A stretch of 64,000 nucleotides of DNA from Lobosporangium transversale. Lineage: Eukaryota. Positions 13,319 to 25,904 of this stretch are shown here, in pieces. The DNA lies in the NCBI RefSeq assembly GCF_002105155.1, contig NW_019028979.1:1674001-1738000 (forward strand), written 5' to 3'. Made by a program: the position numbers and the translations under genes. The notes under the pieces are model-generated. The model saw only the letters and a list, made by a program, of their open reading frames with translations. It was not told the DNA's origin and ran no database searches. The first letter of the stretch is position 1; the number at the start of each line of letters is the position of its first letter.

Positions 13319-13486
13319 GAATACCTCATTTCCTCTCGTCTTGTTCAGATGACGTTCCAAGATGTTGGCAGCAGGGCGTTTTGAATAGATGGACGATGTT
13401 ACAGAAGAGTACCCTCCTACACTAGGTAAAGAGGCCGCCATACTCATCACAGATAGCCTTGATGTTGCTGAAGCATTTGCTGACAT
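12268..13486 (-). CDS. TRS31: TRAPP complex subunit Trs31 (TRAPPC5)
   Basis: Exons 13486-13325, 13148-13060, 12955-12771, 12606-12482, 12378-12268. Motifs: [82 protein letters not shown]. Confidence 0.96.
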
Positions 13487-13776
13487 CTTTTTGAGTACAG
13501 TCTTGCAGGTGCTACGTAGAGTAAGTAAGTTTGTGAAAGAGATGCATGCGAGTTAAAAAAGTTACGCGTGATGGGTATCACTTATCACGTGCAAATTTGA
13601 TTATCATGGCCTATCATTGCATCGGCTCAAAACGTCCCATCCAACCCTCGATCACTCGCCTCAAAAGCCATTGATGGCGATAACTCCCTCCTTTTTAATA
13701 AAAGTTACTGATTTTTATAATTTATTATTATTATTCAAAGTAGTCTCAATAAATGAATTTTATTTACAACATGACA

Positions 13777-16192
13777 CTAATATTGGTTGATAAGCTGCTC
13801 CTCAATCCCGTGTTTGCGTCCATAATATAGTACCTGGTTCCTCTCCAGATACATACGGATGTTCTGACTAAGAGCCATCATTTTGCTTTCGCCATCTGTT
13901 CTCGCCACCTCGCTTGCACCAAGCATACCGGATCCGCCATACCGTCCAAGCGACCCACCGAAAATGGATCCTGGGCTTGTTATCGAAGGTGGTGCCATCG
14001 CGGTCGCCAAAACCAATTCTTCTTCAAAGTTGGTCACACCACGCATTTGGAAGCACCTGAGGACTGTGTTCCGTTGAAGCGAGTTCTCTATCACTGCCAT
14101 CCACCCTGCTGCATCCAGCCAATTGCTTTCCTGTTCGCTCGAGTTAGGAGCTGCACCTGTAGATTGAAATGCTAAGGCCCAGAACGACCATGGGGATCGA
14201 ATCTTAAGATCTTGCATGACCGTATTGGACGCAATGCTTTGGCATAAGCTGTTGAAGCAGGACAGTGCAAAGTGAGGATCTTGTGGGGAGACGCAGACTA
14301 CATCGTCCACTGTCAGTGAAATCAAGCACTTATTGAGGTTCACAATCTGCGCCACCATTCCCAGTGACAACTTCGAGAGTGTCAGATGTGTCAATGTTGG
14401 GTGGACTCCGAAAAAGTGGACGACCTCATAGTCCATAGCGCCAGGGATACTGAGAGCGCTAACATGTTGACTCAATGAGAGCTTGCGTAGAGGTGACTGA
14501 TGAGCATTCTGAGAGACACATGTCATAAGAGCGAGAAGGCCAGGTTTCGTGATTTGGTTCCCAGAAAGATTGATGTTGTATAAGGCTCCAATGCCACTGG
14601 GACCATCAATATTACGACTCAATTGACTAGCAGCTTCGTCACAGAACCCAGTGTTGGCCAATTGAAGCGACACCAGATTCTTTTGTCTAGTTGCATGAGA
14701 AGATGCAGGCCAAATCGCCTTTAGTAAACTGAGACAACCCACTGTTCCAATTTTGGGGTTATCACTCAAATCCAGGAAGCGAAGGTCAAGGGACGTGGGC
14801 ATGACTTGGTTCGCGAGCTCCTTAATTCCCTCGGCATCAATCCTGTTGTTTGAAAGGTCGAGGCGAGCGATTCGGCGTAGGTTTTTATGAGCGGAACAGA
14901 GAACCTTGAGGCCTGTGCTGGTCATCTGAGCCCTTGTGAGGGCCAAGTGCTCCATATCTGAGTTTTCTGTAATAAGCTTCTTCATATTACTCACAGCTTT
15001 GTCATTATCAACCAGGACACCATCAAAAGACAGAAACTTGGCATGGTCGAGAAAACCGGGTAGTTTCTCACGGAGCAAGAAGGGAAGGCCACTGAGCTTG
15101 ACATACTCAAGTTGGTAGCAACTGAAGAGTCGGCGGACGTGTAAGTATATGTTGTCTTTGTCCATAAGCTCGGAATCGCGTGTCTGATTTGCATTGATCT
15201 CCACCATGGTCAAATGAGCCTCTGTGAGTACTTTTGCCAGGTTCTGAATCAGTTTCTGGTTCGCCGAGAACATAGCTGTCGCTTTTCTCTCTGGTGCCTC
15301 AAAATATGCTGGCAAGATGTTGATGACGGCGTTCCTGATCCGACTCTGTCCACGGATCATCTGTGTATACACGTCTACTGCGGTTGCATTTAGTAAATGT
15401 GCTTCGCTCTTGGCTCCAGTCTTATCTGGATATCCAATTAGATCGTCCAGACTGGCCTGTTCATCATTCCATTCATATCGCCCTAATTGTAATCCAGTAA
15501 AGCAATCTTGGCAGACCCACATCGACCGTCCTGTGCCAGGAGAGACAATCCTCTGTAACCCACCAGCCCAATCAGAAGCTGTATTTGATTTGGTGATGTC
15601 GCGCATCAGTTGAGCAATACTCTCTAAATGCAGATGCTCTGTCATAAACTTTTCGATCTGTACGCTCGTTCCATCTACACCTGTACTCAGCTCCTTAGTG
15701 TCCTTCATGAGAGGCACGCGAGTTGTAGGCTTCACATTTTTCAAAAATCTCTCTGCATGTTTGCCTAGGCTTTTGCCAAATGATGAGTCGCTTGCACCGG
15801 CGAACAAAGACGCAAGATTTGCAAAGTGTTGCAAGACGGTGCCATGAGTCTTCATCACTTCTTCAGCATTGTTGACAGTATACCCCTGGTGTTCCGGAAA
15901 GTGGATAGTGTTTTGGCCACGAACACCGAGGGCTTGACAAGGTGCAACTATACGAAAGGGAGTGAAAGGGCCTGAGGACGACGCGACGATCGGGGGTGCA
16001 ACCACATAGCAACGAGGCATATCTTCAAATGTCAAGGATGAGAGGACTTCAGCTGTCTTGATATCCATTACGGCCTTGACTACTGGCACTGTGTGTCTAC
16101 TAGTTAAGCTGGCAGGTCTTTTGATGGAAGAATTCTGCGGATGCAATAGAAAAGAGATAAAGAAGGGAAGGATGAACAATTTATTCCCGGTA

Positions 16193-16224
<32 letters not shown>

Positions 16225-17499
16225 ATAAACTTACCGAGCCGTTAGATGCAATACGTGTGAGCTCGGGCTGGTGTCCAAGTGAGTTTACAGAAGGCGTCAA
16301 GGACAAACTAGATAGCGAAGCATGGAGACAGTATGCGGTGTTGTCGATATTTTGAGACATGTTCGCTTGTGAACCCATACTGCGAAGAGAAGGCACTATT
16401 CCCGATGCAGGAGGACTTGCGGGCTCATAGGACTGAGGAGAAAATGGTTGAGAATGAAACCTATGCTGTGATGGTGATGGAAAAGAGGTAACAACAGGAG
16501 CTGAATGCGGCGGCTGTTGGTGCCGTTGTTGCTTTTGATTAGCATGATTAGCGGAGTAAGATTGTGAGAAGCATAGATCTAATTGCAAAGGAGGTTGGGG
16601 GAGGGCTTCTTTTGGAGGGGGAGGAATATTGGTGGTCATAATAGGCTGTGAGAAATAGCCATGATGCTGTGCAGTAGGTAATGAATTTGAAAATGAATGT
16701 GGATATGAAGGTGAATGTGTCTTATAATGTAGCCGTGATGATGGCGTCAATGCTGTTGGGGACGGTGACCTTGTAGGGCTGTGTTCAACGGACCCTGTGC
16801 CTGCAGGTGGGCTTGGGTATGGGTTGTACGCCACAAAAGTCGGATCTCCGCTCTGCAGTCCATTGTTGTCAGGTTTGGAGCTATGGTACGCAAGAGAGGC
16901 AATCTCTGATGATGCTGGCCCAGTGTCCAGTGCATCATGATACAGATGGTTCTCTGGTAGATCATGCTGTTTTTTTTTTTTTTTTACAAAAAAAAAAAAA
17001 AATGAAAAGAAACATGGAGCAACATGTTCTTAGTAACCCTGGCCATAATCCAGCAGGGATGCAGGGGTAAAAGTCGTTGCACTAGCATACACATGCTCAT
17101 ATTCACATCTGAATGTACCCGTTCCGATCAACCTGTTGATCGATCTCCCATCCTTCTACACTCATGTTTATTCTCACAATCCTCACTCAATACTTTTAAT
17201 TTCATCATCTCATGCCACGTCTCGTATTGGTGTTTTCCCTTGTTTAATTATGAAGTAGGATTGGAGAAGTTTGAGGTCACATAGTGCTTTTTTTTTTTTT
17301 TTGCACTCACCTCTGACGATTGATTATAGGCCTGCGGTTTCCGGTGAGGTGAAGTCATCATCTGTGTATCCAAGAACATTGGTAATGACAGTAGATTCTG
17401 GTTCTCTTCGTGACCGTGATTGTGATAGTTTGCTGTATTTGAATTCGATTTAGATGAAATGATATATGCTGGATAGGGGACGTTTGTGGCCGACTGCAT
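13777..17499 (-). CDS. RNI-like leucine-rich-repeat protein with a P/S/H-rich N-terminus and a central conserved domain
   Basis: Exons 17499-17311, 16966-16235, 16134-13777. RI-type LRRs: LDLSNNRIDAEGIKELA, LDLSDNPKIGTVGC, LQLANTGFCDEAA, INLSGNQITKPGLLAL. The start exon is less certain. Confidence 0.85.
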
Positions 17500-19922
17500 A
17501 ACTTTAACACAAAGTATGAATAAATATGGACGTTGTGTGCTACGTCTTTGAAGGATTAGATTTTAAGAGAGAAAAGATTAGAAAGGAGATTGATGATGAA
17601 ATGAGTGGGAGAGGAATAAGTGGAGAGAGTGAAAGAGGAATAGAGGAATAGTGAAGAGAGTAGAAGAGTAAAAAATAAGAGTAAAAATAGGAATAAGTAG
17701 AAGACAGGGTATAATTTTAAGAATGAAGACAAAGGACAGACAAAAGTCAGATTCTTTGAAGAGAGAGAAAGAGAGAGAGTTTTATGGTCCCAAAGGACGG
17801 AGACTTTATATTTCGAATGTTGTCTTAAAGAACAAAAATGAAGAACACAAGGCATTAGTGATGAGCTTGGTGTGTTTAATTGATGTGTCGCAAGAAAAGG
17901 GCAAACAGGAATTGAGTAATTGAATACAAAAAAAAAAGGGTCAAGAATAAAGAGACAAGGAATACATGCATTGTACCAAACAAAGCTGCAGAAGATACTC
18001 TCGTGTGCGTATGGCACAGAAAAATGAGCGAAAAACAAATAGCATCAACAAACACCAAACAATCAACAGACACACACAGACACAGACAGCAGCCAACTGA
18101 CAGGGCATGTCAAAGAGCTAGGAAAATAATACTAATAAATATATAAGAATAAACATTCAAAGTATGTATACATGAGATGAAATAATAATAACCCCTGCTC
18201 TGCTCAGTTCTTTATTTTCTTAGAATAAATATTTTTAAGTCAAATAATAAATAATAATGATCTTACATTAATGTCTGGTCCGGCCTGGTTCAGGTCTAGG
18301 GTTTTGGGTTCGCAGGCGATTCTACATGTTATACTACCCTGCCTTGTCCCATCCTATCCTATCCCTCGTACATATTTCCTACTTTTTTGACTCTTTTGCT
18401 TATTTTCTTCTCTCTTTCTCTTAAGATGAGATGCTGTTGGAGCCAACAAGATGCCGTTTTTAATTTTCTGCATCGTTGTATTGCCTAAATGTGTTCATGT
18501 ACGTGCGTGACATCCACGTCTTTAATTTTTTGTGTGCTACAGTTGAATATGCAAACAGACAAAAAAAAGAATGAGCATCCATGGGTTGAAGAGAAAGAGC
18601 ACTGCCTCGCCATTTCATCTCGAGAGCAAACAGTAAGAAGACAATCAATGGAATGGTTTACTTGTAGCTAAAAGTAAAAGGAATATATCCTTTTGATGAA
18701 TCGTTATATGTTTAATCATTAACAGGATCATCGTTTTTTCCAAATGCAGGGGGTACATCATCAGCAAACAACAAACATTTGCAATTCCAATACTGTACTC
18801 ACTATTAGAGTCTAAGATCGAGAAAAAGGGTAGATGCTAGCAACCAAAAGTGACAGCAAACATCTCAGAACAAGGATTGCATGCAGCTTTGTTGGAGTAA
18901 GATAGATAGACAGACAGATATAGAGTAAGATAGAAAGATTGATAGAAAGATTGATAGAGAGACAGATAGAAATGTAAACTGAGCATTGGACACATAGACA
19001 ACGGCAAACCAGAGCCAATGAATCAGTTTCTCGACTGTCAGGTGCGTCGCTCGCTGTGGTTGGTCAGCCGGTTTTTATTTATTTTTTACGGTTTCTGGAC
19101 TGAATATGTCAGGGTCAACCCTGCAGTTAGAAATAATAGAAAAAGTGTTGAGACCAGACCGATCGCAAAAAAGTAAAAAAAGATATGAGAAGAGTCACAT
19201 GTTTGATATTCCACCTGAAAATGCACCACTGACATTAACTTGCTGATGTGTTCGAAGCAACATTATCAACATTTGTGTGTTGAGGAATATGTGTGCCCTG
19301 CTGTGGTCCCAAACCAAAACTAAATCTAAAACTAAAGTACATTTGCATGTGCATTGATGCAATACATTAAAATTTAACGCTCTAAATGAACCAACACTCC
19401 CTTCCTTTTTTCCCCAGCAACTGCTGTGTGAACGTGAGAACGTGTTTGTTTATCAAGCTTGAACGAGTAGAGACAGGAAGAGTCGTAGGAGTGACAACGA
19501 CGGTGGCTAAAAGACAATGTGGGGGTTGGTAGCACACGAACCAAGATGCAAATTATAGCAACATGAAAGTGAAACAATGTCAACAATCAGCGCCCTTCCC
19601 TTTCTCTTCTCAACTCTCTACTTTTTGCTCTTCTTTGCGGGCAACTCAGTGCGATGCCGTTAATATGTTATGATAGTCTCTACAGGGGGTAGGGGTAGGG
19701 GTAGGGTGCAGGGTGCATGTCGACGTAAACAAACAAGCGAGAGGAGAGCAAGAGAGAGAGAAAGAATAAATGACTGAGAATAAGAGTAATAGAGGAGGTG
19801 AGCAACATTGGAGTGATCATGATCGGTTATTTGTCCCAATGTAACAAACCAAAACATGAGATTTTGTTTATAGACAGAATCCGGACGTGATATTTCCTTT
19901 GTAAGAGGTATCTCGAAATCTG

Positions 19923-19993
19923 TACAGGGCTGGAAAAACTATACTCAGTTGTCACTTACGCCACAATACTCAAGCAGACATTTCGGCCCTGTA
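19923..19993. mobile_element. Putative 67-bp Tc1/mariner-type MITE (TA-CAGGGC...GCCCTG-TA)
   Basis: Perfect 10-bp inverted repeat TGTACAGGGC (19921-19930) / GCCCTGTACA (19986-19995), extending imperfectly to GAAA/TTTC. Flanking TA; internal ATACTCA occurs twice. Confidence 0.45.
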
Positions 19994-20806
19994 CATGTTG
20001 CCATTTTCCCCAGCCCAAATCGACTTGTCCTCTTCATAAATACACCTACTTATATATGTAACTTCATTTGTGCGAGGCATTTTATAATTATCATCTTATT
20101 TCAAAGAGAGCAGTAAATCGGAAATTTTGCTTCGTTCAAGTGAACCAACCAAGCTAGTTGACATGTAAAGAATTAAAAAGGCTCAACTAAACGGTCGATT
20201 AATACTTAATACTCCACAAGTCAAAAGTGAAGCTGTAAGGAAACAAATGAAGACAAAGATGCAATGACTCCATTTTGCTAAACAACGAATTTTCAATAAT
20301 CCATCCATGTGTGTATATTTCACAACTCAAGTAAAAGATTAAGCATGTTTGCTTTGCTCTATTCTGCAGGATCTACATGGAAAAGGGGGATGGACAGGCG
20401 GAATTGAATGGCTGACTGAATGAGTTCTTTTTTTTTGCCATCGCCCTTTGGCTCTTTTAATAAGGCAATCTTTTACGCCCAGACCTTATCCTCAAGAGAC
20501 TGTGTATTAAAGTGACCCATGGTTTAGCAACCCCACATTCCTGTCACAGTCGCGCTCCCAAACACACACCAGGTATTGGTCTTTATATCCATTAAAACTG
20601 TTTATTCGAGATCTTGCTCACTTCAGTTAAGCACACAAACACATAAAAAAAATGGCATCATCCATTTCTCTCACTCCTCTTTTTGGTTTTTTAATATTTG
20701 TATCCATCTATGAAATAGCCTGCGGCTATGCGGCAGATTCATGGAAGCAAAAGGGTTTTTTCTTTGTATACAACGGCGAACCTTGCGCCATGAGGCAGAT
20801 TTCTGA

Positions 20807-20840
<34 letters not shown>

Positions 20841-21656
20841 TTCTCACGTAAGCTAGACACGAAACCGAGCATCATCTTCACAGACCGCAAAAGAAAAAAT
20901 AAACAAATAAACAGTGTATAAATGAATTTGCATTGCCCTTTCAATGACGTGCTAGCCTTTTTTTTAAGAAATACGTTCAACAGTTTAATGGTTGTAGTCA
21001 CCCGATATATCCGAATTCGTAGTGACGATGCTTTGTTCCTTCCTTGCTTCCCATAAACATCCACTTTTCTTCACGGATAACGCGTTTGAACCACTTCATC
21101 ATTCTCTGGGATCAATATGCCATGCAAAGATGAAAGAGAGTTGACATTCGGGTGACACAACATCAAGCCTCATAAAAGCAATGAACATTACATTTGCCTG
21201 AGCCGCCACTTGGCTCTAGTTGCTTTAACAGCTGATGTCCCCCCACTGCAGATGTAGACGTTGGGCCGCTAAGCTGAGTCATGACTCTTCCTGTGAAAGG
21301 ACCTCTAGGAATAACGTCTTTAATCTCACAGTGAAAATTTTTGCTTTAATCAATTGTCGGTTGATTGATGATTTTTATTTTTATTTTTTCTTCACTGTTC
21401 ACAAAATACCATGTCAAAGGCAATTTAGAATCGCATTGTCCGCCACTAACGCAATACCAAAGAGCGGAATATCTGTCTATGTGGTCTTCATAGTTTCATA
21501 GGGAGAGTTTAATGCCTTATGACTCTCACACATCCCTTTTCAACGCCTTAGATAATTCTTCTTACTTGTTTGTTGCTCAACTCACGAACCCATAGCCATG
21601 CGACAAACTCGGTCTCGAGCTAATCATCACTAACAAACACCGAAACTTTATCAGCT

Positions 21657-21865
21657 CTTTGAGTCTAGACAACAAGCTGCACAAGGCCCCGCCGGGCATA
21701 CCGCTCATAACGGATATCCTTTTAGCATTCTTGAGAATGGCTTATTTAAACGCTCAATGAAAATTCAAGGGATCTCATCCAAGACTCCTAAACGTAAAAT
21801 GGTTATCCAAGCTCTGTCGATGCTGTATGGGCATCCTGAGGAGTCCTTGGTCGGACATTTATGAT
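21657..21865 (+). repeat. Left arm of a 209-bp inverted repeat
   Basis: Reverse complement of 22518-22726 with 12 mismatches and no gaps (by eye). Confidence 0.95.
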
Positions 21866-22517
21866 AGAACCTCCTGTCCGGACCCTACACTCGCGATAAT
21901 TGATCGAGCCACGGAAGGAAATCCATGGCCTAGCCCTCCATTTTATCCAAAAGGGTTATCACGCACAGTCGGCAACTATCGGCTTAAAAAAGTACGAAAA
22001 ATGATAACACTACTGACAAAACCCGGTTCAAATGAGTATGTATAGAGATTGTATGTCTGTTTTTTTCCTTTTTTCCCATCCTCTTGCTAATGCTACAGTA
22101 AAAAAATGTGTAGGAGGAATGGAGTCTTACCGACAAAACCGTGAGCGGTACAGCATACCAAGGCGCTGACATTAAGGTAGCTGCAATGAACTCTCACGAG
22201 AACGACGAAACAATGTCTTACGTATCATGCGTTACATGATACAACTTAACATCAAAAAGTCGGCTTCCCAAGTCGAAGATACCAGTTTTCTGCTGGAACA
22301 AGCACAGGGACAATTAAATTACTAATGCGTGGCTGATGTACATGTACGCATTACGGACCGAATTTTGTCAGCTAGTGCATTCATTTTTTTGTATTCTTCG
22401 GACCAATTGTCACCGGCTGTGCCTTTTAATGGTTCTGGATAAAATAGAATGCTGGATCAATAGACTTTCTTCCTTGACTGAGCCAATAATAAGTGTAAAG
22501 CCCGTGTGGGAGGCTCA

Positions 22518-22726
22518 ATCATAAACACCTGACCAAGGACGCCTCAGGATGCCCATACAGCATCGACAGAGCTTAGATAATCATTTTACGTTTAGGAGTC
22601 TTGGATGAGATCTCTTGAATTTTCATCGAGCGTTTAAATAAGTCATTCTCAAGAATGCTAAAAGGATATCCGTTATGAGCGGTATGCCCGACGGGGCCTT
22701 GTGCAGCTTGTTGTCTGGACTCAAAG
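22518..22726 (-). repeat. Right arm of the 209-bp inverted repeat
   Basis: Reverse complement of 21657-21865, about 94% identical. Confidence 0.95.
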
Positions 22727-22938
22727 GGTTCTTAAGGTTTCGATAGGACAAAGGATATCGCATGGGTTGAATAAAGTTGGCAGGCACATTGTTAGATGAC
22801 CCTGCTGTGGAGTCGTCCTCAAGGCGAGGATAGTCAGTGTAGTTTATTCCAAGGCACAGGAAGAGGCAGCAAAGGTATCGGGGCTGTTATTGTGAAGCAG
22901 ACAATGAGAAGAGAGAAATGGATTTTCCACTATGCATA

Positions 22939-23078
22939 TGCAAAAGTCAAAAAGCCATAAAACCGGAAAGCTACGGCAGCAAAAGTAAAAGAATTTGGCA
23001 AGTTACCATCTCAAAAGCAAAATACCGGTAAGCTATTTTTGCAAAAGCAAGTGAGTTACTGCAGCAAAAGTTAAAAAG
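22939..23078. repeat. Degenerate ~30-bp tandem repeat (approximate consensus CCGGNAAGYTACNNNNGCAAAAGYAAAA), 4-5 units
   Basis: ccggaaagctacggcagcaaaagtaaaa / ttggcaagttaccatctcaaaagcaaaa / ccggtaagctatttttgcaaaagcaa / gtgagttactgcagcaaaagttaaaa. Confidence 0.7.
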
Positions 23079-24621
23079 GATACTGATTTTTATACTGCTT
23101 CTGGATACATCGTTATGATGCACTCCCATATTTAAGATACTCTAATCAAAAGATCTAAACCAAGAAAGGTATCTAGCGTAAGAAGGCATTTAAAGGAGAT
23201 AAGGTCTCCAAAGTGGATAATTAAAGCAGGAATAGTAAGGGCCAGCTCTTTTGCAGCGATAGGTTTGTAAGAGAATGTTAAAGGCTTTCGCTTCCTGTAA
23301 GGATATCATTGTTGGGGGCCACAGCAGTCGTTAACAGGATAGTAAAAGAAATACTGGAAAAACCAGTTACGATTGCTTCTTGCCGATATATTCCACATCA
23401 CATGTATGGCAAACAGTTGGAGCCGCTAGCAATAGACGATGGCTTGAAGCAATTTAAACTGGCGTTTGCAGAGTCGGATATGAAATACACCAAATATATT
23501 TGAATCAGTTTTCTAGCAGACTAAAGACAATGCACTGTTTCTCCTGCTGTATGAAGATCTTGTTCCGAAATAGAGTTTAGAAAAGAGATCTGCGTATTAC
23601 CTCATTTTTTTTTAAGGTGCTACACGGCTTACAATGCAAAAATGAGATGAGAGATGGCTTCGATTGTGTTTCATCATTGATCTGAGGATCATATTCGCCT
23701 TTAACTCGAATGAGTGGATGCTTAATGATAAAAGGCAACATCTTCCCTTTCGAACATATGTGCTCCATCTGCATCCCAAACTTTACAATTGACGAGCACT
23801 CAATCCCTTTCTGTTGGACGTCTTATTTGTGAGAATGTAGAGGCATATTCTTAATATCTTCCGAAGTCCTAATGAATCCTGTGGATTAAATCAACCGAGG
23901 ATCTTCTAGTGGATAAAGATATGCTCCATTTCATAACCGAAGTGCTATTGAATCAGCCTGTATATCTCTTCAATCTTCCTCTTTTAACACAGACTGGATT
24001 CTGTTCTGTCTGCTCTCTTTTTTTTAAACCTCAAAACCTCAAAATAAATAAAATTCACCAATGACTTGCGGAGTATTTGCTGAAGTATGATTAGACCATT
24101 GCACTGCTCCTTTTTTTTACGCGGGAGCTGCACAGACTTCAGAGTCTCGATCAACCAGCTATGCATGCCCTACAGAGCAACAAGGATGGTTGTTTTGAAG
24201 CTGTTGCTCTCAAAAAAACATGGAGCAAAGAAAATGGTAAATAGACCGAGACATTGAACACAGTGCATAACACAAATGCCTTTGAGACTGACTTGTCCAA
24301 CCCCCAATTGCACCAGGATTGACCTAATCTTGAAAATGCTCTCTCTCTTTTTTGTTTTGTTTTTCCTTTCCTTCTCCTTCGCCATCTTATTCCTATTGAG
24401 TCAATGTCCCCTATTTTACTTCTTTAAGCCTTCATAAAAACATCCTTTTTTTTTCTGGCTTAATTCCATTTCTTCTTTTGCTCGCTTCATTCCATCTTTG
24501 ATTGAGCTCGCATTAAAAGTATTGAGGAATGAACTTGAATTGTTCTCAAACATCATTATAGACCATTTTTCAAAATTCCAAGTTCTTAATTGTTAATTCA
24601 TTCAATACAAAGAAAAGTAAT

Positions 24622-25870
24622 ATGTTGCGGGCAACAAGAAAACCCTCGAGTAACTATACCGCCTCCGAAAGCAATGGAGTATCTGGCCCAGCACCGACCA
24701 GTCCTGCCATGAGGCGTAAGCGCAAGGAGACCGAATGTCTGGTATGCGCCCTTTGCATTAAATCTTTTATTGGGTACAAGCACAGCAGTAAAAAAGAAAA
24801 AAAAATTAACAGTGGGATTTTTTTTTCCTGTGGTGGAATGTGGTGGATGTGATTAGATCAAGCTCGAGCGCGTCTTGGGCTTAACAACGAACAAACCCAT
24901 GATCCTCTCAGTTAATCCGACCCACGATTTGGTTGCCTATGCGGCAGGCTGTGTCGTTGTCCTATATAATCATAAGCTTAATAAGCAGGTTGGCCTCTTG
25001 TGTACCTCAACTCTTAAGAAGCAATCTTCCTCAGGTGACTCGGGAGCTGGAAATGGCTCAAAGTCACCGAGAACAACTCCAAGCAGCAATGGAATTCAAT
25101 GGATGAACAACTCAATGGCAGGCGCGAATATTAACCCTTTAGCTGGTCTGATGCCCATGTCATCGTCTGACGGAACGGGTCCCTCTGGAAATTCAAACAG
25201 CACCAAGAATAACAAGCCAAAACCAATATCTTGTCTTTCTTTCTCGTCTGATGGGCAGTACCTAGCGGTTGGAGAGGTATACAGCGCGTCATTGTTAATT
25301 TTTAGAGGATGTATATGGCCATCTCTGTGGTTGATTAATCAAATACTGATTATCTATGTTTGCTATAACGCCTTTTTTTTTTTGTGGTAGACAGGACATC
25401 AGCCACGGATATTGATCTGGGACGTTATTTCACAAGCCTTAGTCGGTGAGCTTCAAGGACACAAGTTTGGCGTACAAGCTGTCCAGTTTGCGCCCACCTC
25501 AAGGTATCTTGTGTCGCTAGGTTTCCAGGTACTGTGATATAAACGGTTTTTATCCATCTTTTTTTTTTTTTTTTTTTTTTTTGATGCTCAGTTGCTCAAT
25601 TTGACAACATTCTCATGTTAATCGCTCTTACGAATGTTTGGTCTCATTGGCTTCAATTAGCATGATGGCTACATACACGTGTGGAACTGGAGAACAAGCT
25701 CACAGATTGCTAGCAACAGAGTCACTACAAGAGTTAGTGCCTTGGCATTTTCTCCCGATGGCTCCTTCTTTGTCACGGCTGGCTTGCGGCATGTCAAATT
25801 CTGGTACTTGAATATCGGGTCAAATAAGCGAGGCGGGGTAAATTCACATCCACTACTTGATAGTTGTAGA

Positions 25871-25904
<34 letters not shown>

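Noticed and set aside
13564..13591. ACGCGT and CACGTG motifs upstream of TRS31
   Set aside because: Single 6-mers are expected by chance; function cannot be supported from sequence alone.
20940..21125. Minus-strand fragment ...RKVDVYGKQ..., possible nuclease-family relic
   Set aside because: Too short and interrupted to support homology by eye.
23314..23335. GGGGGCCACAGCAG, matching the first 14 nt of the mammalian CPEB3 ribozyme as I recall it
   Set aside because: The required partners (P1 3' strand GCCCC, P2 3' strand CTGCTG, P3) are absent downstream; treated as coincidence.
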